A DNA stretch of 64,000 nt from the NCBI RefSeq assembly GCF_004010195.1, contig NC_057719.1, positions 77,255,339 to 77,319,338 of the forward strand, given 5' to 3'. The DNA is from Chiloscyllium plagiosum (Eukaryota). The position numbers were made by a program, and so were the translations under genes. The notes under the pieces are model-generated. The model did no database searches. It worked only from the letters and a program-made list of their open reading frames with translations, and had not been told where the DNA came from. The first letter of the stretch is position 1. Every line of letters starts with the position of its first letter. Positions 26,095-37,943 of this stretch are shown piece by piece.

Positions 26095-26640
26095 ACTTCA
26101 AAGCCTTTTTACAGCTAATGAACTAACTTTGGTAATCACTATTGCAATGGAGGATTTTCCACAGCTCATTTGTTCACAAAAACTCCTACAAAGAGCATGT
26201 TGGTAATCAACTTGTATAGTACTGATTGAGAGGTAAATCTTCACAAGGACAACTGAGATAACTTAGTTGCTGCTTTATTAAAAATAGAGCCACCCTTTCT
26301 CCTTCTCCTTAACTCTTCCTTACCTTTGGGGTCAATACACTGCCCTTAAACTGGGCTCTGTACCTAAATTAATCAATTGAAAAAGCGGATGATTTACTAA
26401 TGATGATAGATGAAAAAGGTGATTTGATGATGGGAAAAAAATGCTAAAAATGGGAACATTGAGGTTTTCTACAATCAGCTGAGGAGGCAGAAGCACCTCA
26501 GTTTAATGTTTCATCCAGAAGACAGCACCTCTAAAAATATAGCACTCCCCACCTACTGCCAGCCTTGAACTTGTTCTCAAAGGTTGAATTAAAATCTAAA
26601 ACTGCGTGACACAAAAGTGGGAGTTCTAACAACTGAGCTT
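26095..26640 (-). mobile_element. Decayed DeuSINE (SacSINE1/AmnSINE-like)
   Basis: CCTCAGTTTAATGTTTCATCCAGAAGACAGCACCTC is the reverse complement of the Deu-domain core; homologous to 52465-52800. Confidence 0.6.
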
Positions 26641-29600
26641 TCGGCAATTTTCTAATAAATTACAGTGCAATCCTTCAAGGGCAATTTATCCTTCCTCAGG
26701 TTTAGTGTGCAGAGCTGAACACAATATTCCCAGTGTGGATTAATCAGGGCCTGATGAGCTGTTGCAGCACTCTATCCCTTTGCATTCTCATCCTCTACAT
26801 TATAAAACTAGTATTCTATTAATATTTTTGATTATTTTCTACACCAATCCCTGATGTTTAAATAATCTATGTATGTGAATGCCCAAGTTTCTTTGGATCA
26901 CCACTTGTTTTATTCTCTTTCATCAAAAGCCGACGTTGAAATTGATTTGCTGTCTTTTTCTCCATATGTTTATATTTATAGTTGCTTGGTAATCCGAACT
27001 TGAGTATTATTGAAAAGAAAGACATATTGCCAAAGCTTTTATCACTAATGTATGATAAAGGAATGCTACAATTGTCTATGATGATACAGCACCTAGTATA
27101 CCTTACATATAAATACCTAAGATATACCTGCCTTAGAGTGAGTGCAACAAACTAGATTTATTCGTGGGATGAGAAGGCTATCCAATGAGAATGTTAAGTA
27201 AATTCCTCTCTGATGTTTAGAAGAAAGAGTGTGAACTCAGTGAGGTATGTAAGCTTTGCCATGGACTTGACAATATTATATCTGAAAGGCCATTTCCCCA
27301 GTTCGACAGTCAAAAACCAGCAGTTATAGTGTCTGGATAGCAGACTGATCAGTTGTGGCTGAATGAAGAGAAATTTTCTTACTTACTCCAAAAGGCTAGG
27401 GATGCTTAAATCAGTATATATTCAGGTTTGAAAAATCGACAGATTTTGGAGCACAAAAGGATTCAAGTTATATAGGTTAGATCAGGAAAGTCGAATTGAT
27501 AGAAAAATTCAGCCATGATGATGAAATGGCGCAGCAGGGTGAAAAGGGTTTACAGCTTATTCCTGCTCTGATTTCCAATGCTTTTATGTCGTGGACTCTA
27601 TTTTGTTCTCCTTTGCAAGTTTTCCACAATTTCTCTACATCTGCATATAAAATATTCAAAACTTTAAAGTTTTTTTTAATTGAATAACCCCTTAATCTCA
27701 CTTCAGAGTAAAGTGAACCTACCTGTTCAATTTTGCCTGATAAATAGTTTTACTTCTGGTATCATCCTTATATTTCTTTTTTGTACTTCCTCATATATCT
27801 TAATAAACAAACCATAATTTTCCAGGTTTAGTCTAACCAACATTCTATTCAAGTTTAAAGTAACTTGTCAGCTTTTCAATAATATTGCTGATTCCCAGTG
27901 TTTATTTTGCTTCTCTGTTATGGCCTCATTAAATTGTATTGCTATTTTTAAATCCCTTTCGCCTTCATCCCACTGAGACGCTATATGCAAGAAATGTGGT
28001 TACATTCTTCCTACCAGAAGCACTAGCTCACACATGTCTACTTTTAACATACCTGTCCCACAACAACGAGAGGGGATTAAGTCATCAAATTTAGGAAACT
28101 CGCCATGAATATTCCTGTTTCTGCTTTTTCACAGTGATACTCCAAGCATTCAAGTAACCTGTCCTGGAGTGCCAGCTCTGATATATTATTAAATTCAGGA
28201 CATTGAGGAAACTTTGGCAGCAATCTGAAATAAGCATTTCCTGTGTGGGTTTCCCAGGGTCTGAGAAACTCATTAGTATTGAGCAGCACATCATGGGTAT
28301 GGTTGACAATTGGATGCATTTATATGAATAAGGTTTGAGTAGGATTTCTTGTGGCAACATGAATAGCACCCCTTCCTCTTGGTCAGAGACTCTGGATTCA
28401 GGTCGTAACCAGTGGTGACCACAGTAGGTGTGTCATAATGCAGCGTTTTATGTTCCTATGGCAGAGGGTAAGGATGGAGGAATTTTCTGATCAACCAAAA
28501 TTGTGAGCTAACTACAGCAGCCCCACCTTAAATGTCTCTGGGAAATGTTTTGATGAGCGTAATTTTTGAGAGAGATGGGTTCAGACAGAGAATATTGGGA
28601 TGCCGGTGTAGTTGCTGCTTTGGATTGAAAAGGACAAAAAAAGACAGTAAGAATGAACCAAATGCTCTTATTTGCAGAGTGAACAAAGGGACCAACAGAA
28701 TGACCACATCTGGAGAAAACACGATAATACCCACTTAACAGAATCTAACAAAAAGAGGCTCTGATTGACATAATAGATGGTAGTCCCCATCTCTGTAATG
28801 TACATCTGACAGTCTGAGAATAAATCACCAGCATTCATCAGATTGGAAGGAAAGTTCATAAACTGCTTCAGTTTGAGGTGAATATAGGAAATTATATTGA
28901 TGTGGTCAACCTGATTGAAATCTTCCCCATTTTCAACATGGATGGCCGATCCCTCAACAATTTCATACCAAATCAAATCCCTCCCCAGCTCCACCTGTTA
29001 GAAACTCCAAGGAAAACAGTATGACGGCTGTCCATTTTATCCTTGGTTGGGGATTCAACTAGTCCCTTCCATTACCATCTGATTTTTTTTATTCATTCAT
29101 GTAACTGGTTTGTGGCATGGAGCCAAAATAGCAGGTGGTGGTGTTCCCATGTTGATATTCTGCTGCCATTGTCATTCTAGATAATAGAGGTCAAGGATTT
29201 GGAAGATGCTATTGGAGAAGTCCTGGCAAGTTACTACAGTGCATCTTGTAGATGATATACACTGCTGACTGAACTTGAAGTAATTTCTCCATCAACTCCA
29301 TTAATATCCTCCAAAATAAAACATTGCTTTGGGAACTTGTGAGGGTCTAAGCAATGCTGTCTTCTTTGTGGAAAAGGTGAAACATACTTTATTCTATTCA
29401 CTTACCCTCCTTCAATCCTTATTAATGGTGCATTGATGACAGTATAGCCAGTATTTTCTGTTTGCAATATTTTCATCTTTAAATAGATGGTTTTGAATTG
29501 TTCCCTTCCCAACTTCTTGGTCTCCACTTCTGTGATATGGTATTTGTGATGTAATGAGGTTCATGTAAATCCTGATAATAAAACTGACCACATGACTCTG

Positions 29601-29734
29601 ACAATGGTGACAGCCCAGCATGTGACAAGCGAAATCTTAGAGGAGAGCAAAATTTGATAACTTATGTATAGACGTAAATAAATATATTGCATTATATAGA
29701 CAGTTGAAGACCATTACTTAGAGGTAAGGTGCAA

Positions 29735-30060
29735 GCAATCTCAGGGATACCCACACCAACCAACCCAACCGCCCCGTGGCTGAACACTTTAATTCCCCCT
29801 CCCACTCCGCCAAGAACATGCAGGTCCTTGGCCTCCTCCATCGTCAGACCATGGCAAAACGATGCCTGGAGGAAGAGCGCCTCATCTTCCGCCTAGGAAC
29901 CCTCCAACCACAAGGGATGAATACAGATTTCTCCAGCTTCCTTTGGCACACCCTCCTCATTCCTGAAGAAGGGCATATGCCCGAAACGTCGATTCTCCTT
30001 CTCCTTTAATGATGCCTGACCTACTGCGCTTTTCCAGTAACACATTTTTAAACCTCGACA
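29735..30060 (+). mobile_element. Penelope-like element 3' fragment: GIY-YIG C-terminus plus family A tail
   Basis: VAEHFNSPSHS..MQVLGL..RCLEEERLIFRLGTLQPQGMNTDF followed by CTGAAGAAGGGCATATGCCCGAAACGTC (29963-29990). Confidence 0.85.
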
Positions 30061-32059
30061 GTTTATGTAAGACAACCATAGCCTGAGATACTTCAAATCA
30101 GTATCTCATTTAAAACACAAGATAAAGCATGCACATTAGCCAGGGGGAAATAAAAGCCTCTGAGGTTGAAACAAAGTTCAAGCATCAATGGATGACACCA
30201 GGAACAGGACAGGACTTCAGAAAATATCAATTTGAGGACTACAGTGCAAGGAATGGGAGGAAACCATTCAGCTGGTCAAGCCTTCACCATTGAATACTTA
30301 AATGTCTTTACCCACACTGTCCCCATAACCCTTCATATAATTGCTAGTCAAAATATCAGGCTTGCTCATTTGGCTGGGCAGCTGGTTTGCACCATTTAGT
30401 TTGTTGATGGAGAAGAAGAGACCTGGGAGTAGCATAGAAATTAATGAGGTGTAAATATATGGAAATAAGGTAGTCAGTGCTCAATGGCAAGACTCTTAAG
30501 TCATCATGTGAGACATTTTTCTCAATGTCAAGAATCAGATTCTTTCATCCATGTTCACCATGCTTTCCCACTGTTCTTGACATTATTCACACCACAGAGG
30601 GGACCATTCTATCCTAAGAATCAGTGTCAGCGCTATGGAACTAAAAAGCCTCACAGTCAAAGACAAGTGTCCAGCTATGACAAAATTATGTTATATCCAT
30701 AATAGCCATCATTTCCAAAGGACATGTATAAATCTGAAACTATTCCAGAACAGTGGAAGCATTAGTGGGTACATACATAAAGATGCATGTACATATAAAC
30801 ACAGTAGGTTATTCACCTCTATTAGACCAGATTTGAAGATATACCTGCATTACAGGAGATAACTGAAGAATTTCACTTGAAAATAGGAGATCCATCACAA
30901 AATGGAGATAACTGAATCGACTTCTCTCAATGGACATTTTAGTCAATTTAAGCTTAAAACAGGGCAAGTGTCACTGTATTACCCAGCCATATATCTTGCC
31001 AAAAAAACATGAACTTACAACCTACAAATGTAGAGATTTGATGCAGGTCGAAAGGTACTCATGTCTAAAAGCATATATTAAATGTCATGACAGTATTTCA
31101 GATACAGCATGTTCTAATATCCACATTTGGATATATCCTCCAAATCCAATCACATTTGAGTAAGGATGTTTTGCCCTCCATATTCTGTTGCTTATTGCTA
31201 TGGTTCAACCATCCTTAAAAAAAACAATCAAACTGACCAGAAAAACATAACCAGCAGAAGACTTTCTAAGCTTCCTAAGAGTAATGGCGGAGTCTAAGGA
31301 GAGGCAACTTGCAGAAAATCAGATATATTGGAGTCTAAGATTGATTTCATATGCTCAACAGGGAAGATGTGTGATTTCACTAGACTTCAGAAAATGTTTC
31401 CAGCACTGATTTCACTGTAGAGCACACTGTATAACTATCAGCAGGCTTTGAACCAACAACCAAAAACTGATGGAATTGAGCAATACAGTCCACCAATGAC
31501 AAAGTCAATGGCCAACCAACTCCTTTGTGAAAAGACTCATGAGATAAAATAATTTCAGAAGGAAAATGAAAGAATGATAATATCAAAGTCAACAATCAGC
31601 ATGGGTGAATGACCTACTAATCTTTTGTGTCTTCAATAAAACAGAAGAATTATTAAACCATCAGCTTGCTTGAATTTATGAAGTCAGAGTCTTGAGGCAA
31701 GAAGGAGTACTGGTAAATGTACTAATCATTCTTTATATTATTGTATAATAGGTTAACTAAAGAGGGAGAAAAAGCAATTTAAAAGATGTTTTTATAAAAT
31801 AATGAATATGAAAGGATTAATCTGAGCTAAGCTGAAATTCTATCCACTGTGATATATAACACAGCCATTGGTTGGAGCACAATGGGGTCTGAAGGGGTTT
31901 CAGGGAGTTCTGGACAGTTGTAATTGGACACAATCATGTCTTCTATTCCTCATGTTACCGTTGATGTGATGTATATAGTAAATAAACTACGATAAATCTT
32001 ATTTAGTTACCTGAGATGAATGTGTCTTCTGCTGAGACTTATTTGCAGTCCATTTTAAC

Positions 32060-32445
32060 ATAGAATCCCTACCGTGTGGAAACAAGGCATTTGCCCCCAC
32101 AAGTCTACACCAATCCTCCAAAGAGTATCCAACCCAGATCCATTCCCCTGCCCTATTGCTTTATATTTCCCCTGACTAATGCACCTTACCTACGCATCCC
32201 TGAACACTATGGGCAATTTAGCATGGCCAATTCATCCTGACCTGCATATCTTTGGACTGTGGGATGAAACCGGAACACCCCGAGGAAGCCCATGCAGACA
32301 GGTGGAGAATGTGCAAACTCCACATGGACAATTGGGGATGTCACGGTGGCTCAGTGGTTAGCACTGCTGCCTCACAGCACCAGGGTCCCAGGTTCGATTC
32401 TAGCCTTGGGTGACCATCTGTGTGGAGTTTGCACATTCTCCCAGT
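32060..32445. mobile_element. Two HE1 V-SINE pieces in opposite orientation (3' part on minus 32060-32330; 5' part on plus 32335-32445)
   Basis: V-domain and tail on minus. tRNA head CACGGTGGCTCAGTGGTTAGCAC..GGTTCGATTC on plus. Confidence 0.85.
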
Positions 32446-32585
32446 GGTCAATCTTATCAATATATTATCTGTTGAATCCACGATAACACATCTGCTATCA
32501 CATTCTTATGACCAGCAACATGTACGATTTGTACATTGAAAGTTTGTAACATAAGACTCCAACAAAATTGTCTCATATTCTTATC

Positions 32586-32938
32586 TTGGCCAAGCCAAAC
32601 AGAGACACGCATGAGAATTCCTAGAAGCATGGTATTCCAACCGGAACTCTATCATCAAACACATTGACTTGGACCCCATTTATCACCCCCTGAGAAAAAG
32701 AACAGGAAATTACATCACCACAGGAAATGACATCACAACATGAAATTACATTGCCAACCTAAAGAAACCCAAACATATAAATAGAAGGCAAGAATCATCA
32801 GCAGTGCTTTGTCCAGAGGCTCACTGAAGATGTTACCTAGTATGGTGATGAAACATCTGAAAATGAACCTTCCAGCTCAGCTAGCAAACCTACATCCAGA
32901 ACCTCAACCTGAGTTACAAATCCTCTCAAAATTCGCTA
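32586..32938 (+). mobile_element. Penelope-like 3' fragment, family C, with hammerhead-like core
   Basis: GQAKQRHA*EFLEAWYSNRNSIIKHIDLDPIYHPLR (GIY-YIG C-terminus). TCA-CTGAAGA-T-GTTACC-TAGTAT-GGTGAT-GAAACATC-TGA at 32821-32860. Confidence 0.8.
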
Positions 32939-34520
32939 ACTGGTTAGATTCTGTATCTCTCAAAATTAACTTCTTTCCCTTCTCCCCCTGTTAAACTGAG
33001 TAAACTTTACCCACAGAGGTGAATTCTTTATAGAGATCAGGCACTAACTCCATACCCAGCCCCTGCCTAGGCTATGCACTCTCCTGCTGCTCCTTGACTT
33101 TTCTTGGGGTTTCTTTTACTACTTTCACTAATGTCACTGTCTTAGCTTCATTTACCGCATCTTTTCCCATGGTGCCTTTCTTTAATGAGCAGCACGGTGA
33201 CTTTACGTGTTCTACTTTACCAAGGTGGAAACACTTGAGGGCTTTCACCTCTTTTCCACCCTCTTGGGATTCTTTTTTAACCTGTGGTAAACAATTAACA
33301 GTGTTCTCTGCTCTTTGTCTCATAGTGGAGGATCTTCCCTGCTCCCAGTTTCTATCCCTCACTGGATGAAATTCTTGCCTGAAGCTAAACTTTGCTTTAT
33401 GCAAAAATGTATATTCATCTGTCATCTCTGTTGCTCTTCTCACTTCTTTAATTTTCTGTTCCTCCACATGAATTCTTATCTTCCCTGGAAATGAGTTTTT
33501 AAACTCCTCCAGCAGAATAATCTCTCTTAGAGCCTCATATCTATTTTTAAGACCTGCACTCATTTATCAAAATTACCATGTTTAATTCTTTCAAACTCAA
33601 CACAAGTCTGACCTGGATCCTTCTTTATGTTTCTGAACTGCTCTCTATACGCTTCTGGTACTAACTCATAAGCACTCAAAATAGCCCGTTTGACATCTGC
33701 ATAATCTCTTGACCTCTCATCTGACAGTGTTGCGAATACCACCCTAGCTCTGCCTACCAGTTTAGACTGAACGAACATTACCCACAAGTCCTCTGACCAC
33801 TCCATCTGCCTAGCCAATTTTTCAAATGAAATAAAGGAGGCTTTGACATCTTTCTCATCAATATGCAGCAGTGTTTTTACATATTTGTATACATGTATAC
33901 TACCTTCTCTCTTTACCTCCGTCCTGTTAACTTGACTTTGCTGACTATGTCGCAACTTCTGAAGTTCAAATTTTCTCTCCATTTCTCTTTCTTTTCTCTC
34001 TTTTTCTCCCTCTCTTTGCTCAGCTAAGAACCTTCTTTTCTTTTTCCTCTCTCTCTTTCTTGCTCGCTCTCTTTGTTCATCTTCTAACTCTATTTTCCTC
34101 AATTGTAATTTAAGTTTTTCTAACTCTACTACACTTGTCTGTTTCTCTGACACACCTAAGTGTTTGAATAACTCCCTTACAATTTTAGCTCTACTTTTGT
34201 CCTTGGTTAAAGCCAATTCTAGTCTCTTTTCTAGTTCTAAAAGTATGGTATTTTCTTTCTAAACTTTCTTAACAAATTTGGGAATCATCTTCAAACCCCA
34301 GAAACTCTTTAGCAATTTTAAGAGCCATTTCTCTCACTTTTAATTTAACCAACAAAATTAAACAAATTGTCTCCTCGACGTTTAATTTAAAGATCTAGGA
34401 CTCTAAGCAGCATGTGTTTTATTCTGCTGGGATGTTTTACCCCAAATCTGTTCAAATCTGATGGACGCTCAGTCTGTATCTGTCTAAACCTGGCCAAATT
34501 ACAGACCTGAGCCCCCAAAC

Positions 34521-35244
34521 CGTTACGACACAGCGGTGAACCCTTTTGCTAATTAAACCAAACACACAAAAAAGCTCACCTTGCCTCCTAATTTGTTTAA
34601 GGATGAGTGATGAAGAGCTACCTAATTCCACTATTTAATGAAAAAAAATAACAATTTTAATCTTTAATTCTAAAATGAATATTAAACAACAATTATTTAC
34701 AATTCTAACCCTCCTTTCTCTTTAAGATTTGTATTCTACCTCTCACTCTATAACAATGTACTGATCCAATAAAGCCCCTATTAAATTTGCAACATATCAA
34801 TTTTCAAAACCAGACATCGGTGTCAATCCTCCTCTGTTTGTAGATCACCTGGGTGTCTTTAGTCTCTGCTGCACAGATTTTTCGTATGAAGAAAAAGGTA
34901 ACTTTTAGAAAGTGTTTTGAATAGCAGTCTGTCAATGGCAGAAGGTGCTCTTTCTCTAGCTAACTGTCTAAAATGCCAGCTTTTTATACCCCAAAACATC
35001 AGATCGTCATATTGTTTTGATGTTGTCAAAACAATAAAATTCAAATTTGATTGGGTTTTAGTACCTTGGGGCATAATTTAAACTGATCGGTTAAATTCGA
35101 ACTGCTGTGAAAACAATTCAGGTATTTAGGTTACAGCCAAAATGTTACATCTTTAAATTTTCCAGCACACTCTGTGACATGACAGGTGTTTGCTAGCTAT
35201 CACTTTCTCTTAAAGGTACAGTACATACCTTCACCTTCATAACA
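34521..35244 (-). repeat. 5' LTR of the Gmr1-like element, followed by a tRNA-Pro-like PBS
   Basis: Minus strand starts TGTTATG and ends CGTAACG (variant of CATAACA). TGGGGGCTC follows at 34517-34509. Confidence 0.75.
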
Positions 35245-37001
35245 CTATGTTGTTTCAAGGCTTCCCTTGATGTCAGTATTCTGAATTTCTTTCAGTCTAA
35301 GAGATGCTCAAGAAAAAGGAAGTGTTACAGTACAACATCCATCATAGTTTAAAACACACTGTATATGACCCACCCATGTGAGTCAACCCCACCATTGCAA
35401 GTGTCAGCGTAAGTAAATCCCTTCATAATATATTTTCTTACCTAGCAAGTTTGAATGAGTGAGGATGAACTGGCACTAAAGATATCACATCCTTAGATGA
35501 AGAAATAACTGTGCTTTTATTAGCAATTTAATGCTAATGGCTACCTAGCAGACTCATCTTTAAGGCAAGCCCAACTTGGATAAACATACAGCTTTAAATG
35601 GGCATTAAAAAGTGACCAGTGTATGATTTAGTTGCCTTGGATGTATTAAGGTTGTTTATATCACCTTAAATCAGCTCAGCACCACATTTATCATCCATCC
35701 ACATAAGGGGATGCTAGACATGCGGTCTTAGCCTGCATATCCAATAATGTATGATCCACCCATGAATGCACTTGTGCTACTGACAACTTCCACATGGATC
35801 CTATATTAGACTCTAAGAAATAGAAGTAGAATTAGGCCATTTGGCCCATTAATTGGCAAAACAGACTTAATCATTGCTGACATGTTTCTCAACCCATCCT
35901 CCCTCCTTCTCTCCACAACCCTTTCAATTCTAAAGGGTCATCCATTCGCTGAGACTTGACCTCAGGTCCTAGTCTCTCCTACTAATGGAATCTTCTTTAG
36001 ATCCACTCTATCCAGTCCTTTCAGTATGCTGTAAGTATCAATCAAATCACTCCCTCATCCTTCTAAAAACTCCATCAGGGATCCAAGATGGTGACGATCT
36101 AGAAAGATCGTGTTGCAGACCTCTGTACCACATTGCAAGTGGGACGAAGTCCTAAACTTTCCTACTCAGATCACCGCAATATCCTGGGACTCTGGAAAGG
36201 TCGTGGAGTCCCAGGAAACTGTTAAAGAACAATTTACCTCAGTTTTCGCTGTCCAATGATGCCAGAGAAGGGAGCAGATACGTCTGAGGTCAGGCCTGTG
36301 GCCAAGCCTGTAGGACACAATTTCCTACCAGATCCTGGTAAAGGAGCTCATGAAACCTCGTGAGATGTTAAGTAAGCAGATAAAGGAGAAGCCGGCCCTG
36401 ATCTCTATCATGCTGCAGAGGCATCAACAGCAGCTGGGAGACCTCGAGAAAAGGACAGATGAGGTAGAACACAGAATGACAGTGGTGGAAGCTGATACCA
36501 GTACCCCCAAGGATAGGATCCAGGCCCCAGAGACACAGGTCCGTAATTTGCTTGACTAGGTTGATGACCTCGAGAACAGGGACAGGAGAAAAAAATATTC
36601 GGATTGTTAGTCTGCAGGAGGGTAAGGAAGGTGAGAAACCATTGGAATTTATTGAGGACTCATTGCTGAAATTCCTTAACTCGGAGGCTGGAATGGGAAG
36701 CTTGAAGAATGAGAGGCTTTATACGGTCATGGCACGGAGATCAGGTCTGGACCAATGTCTTTGTCCTATCTTGGTGCAGTTTTATCACTATAGCAATGAG
36801 AGAATCGCGGAAGCTTCCAAAATTCAGGGGAAGGATCTGAAGTCCCTAGTTTACAAGGCCTCTAAAATCATGTTCTTCCAGGACTTCTCAGTGGCGGTGA
36901 TCTGGAAAAGAAAATCCTACAATGGCATCAAGAATAGAATGAGGGAGCTCAGGATATAGTACTCTCTGAGATATCTGGCGGTGTTTTGGATCACCTTAAA
37001 T

Positions 37002-37236
37002 AGAGTAGGTAAAAACGAGGACTACAGATGCTGGAAACCAGATTCGACATTAGAGTAGTGCTGGAAAAGCACAGCAGTTCAGGCAGCATCTGAGGAGCAG
37101 GAAAATCGACATTTCGGGCAAAAGCCCTTCATCAGCCTCTATTCCTGATGAAGGGCTTTTGCCCGAAACGTCGATTTTCCTGCTCCTTGGATGCTGCCTG
37201 AACTGCTGTGCTTTTCCAGCACCACACTAATCTGGA
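37002..37236. mobile_element. Fold-back family A insert inside the L1, two opposed hammerhead-like cores
   Basis: TSD ATCACCTTAAAT at 36990-37001 and 37237-37248. Near-perfect inverted arms of about 100 bp around CCTCTATTC. Confidence 0.88.
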
Positions 37237-37943
37237 ATCACCTTAAATGGATGTGTGATTCATCGGAGAAGGATCTTTGACTCATCGGAGAAGGCAAGAG
37301 ACTTTGTGGACAAATTAACTTAATCTCAACAATTTAGTATGTACAAATATTGTTTGGGTCTCTTTTTCTTTCAAAAAAAAAAAGAGGAAGCCTAGTCGGG
37401 ACATTCTTTTCCTTTTTTTATTGATAATAATCTGGTCTAAACTAGGCTTGGGATGTTTACGTTCAATCTCTAATTTAAGTTATACCAAAGGATGGGTGGG
37501 GTACTTACTTTTCTTTTCAAAATTTCTTGGTGTATGGTGTATTTTCTTTCTTTGCTGCGTGTGTTTGTGGTGCACCTCTAGCTAGGAGGAGAGAAAATGA
37601 TTGGGATGGCTAGATGCCGATTTACGGGCAATTTATGCCCAGTTCAGGCATTTAAATGCCCTGGCTTCTGTATTGGCAGCAGAATGGGAAATTGGGTTTT
37701 GGGATGTAGAGATGCCCCCTTTGGGCAGGGGGTGAGTTCCCCTATTCAGTGCCATTGGCGTTTTATATGTTGGTTTGTTTTTGGTTTTGCTGTATATAGT
37801 CTTTGATAACTTTGTAGGTTTGTTAATTGTAGTGGTTTTAGTTTTCGTAGTTTTTATGTTCGATGGATCTTTCGACACTAAGGCTCAGCGATTTGTTACT
37901 CAAGTTCCTCCTCTCTGAAACCTAAATGCTACTGCAGAAGGTT

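Larger units (their letters stand above)
32446..35244 (-). mobile_element. Gmr1-like Gypsy LTR retrotransposon remnant: 5' LTR, PBS, SCAN-like gag, zinc knuckle, protease start, RNase H end
   Basis: Gag SFEKLA..W..LVGRA..DYADVKRAILSAYELVPEAYREQFR and LREIILLEEF. Decayed knuckle CFHLGKVEHVKSPC. ILRDTES near 32940-32965. WSLMLQTFNVQIVHVAGHKNVIADVLS at 32585-32457. Stops and frameshifts present. Confidence 0.88.

Noticed and set aside
29520..32060. Possible old plus-strand LTR element (ACA-ATGGTGACAG PBS-like site near 29600; LTR-like block ending TTAACA at 32060)
   Set aside because: The two putative LTRs could not be aligned by eye and no pol motif was readable.
33072..34216. Domesticated SCAN-domain host gene
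   Set aside because: Stops and frameshifts, a mutated zinc knuckle, and an adjacent LTR and PBS indicate a decayed retrotransposon.
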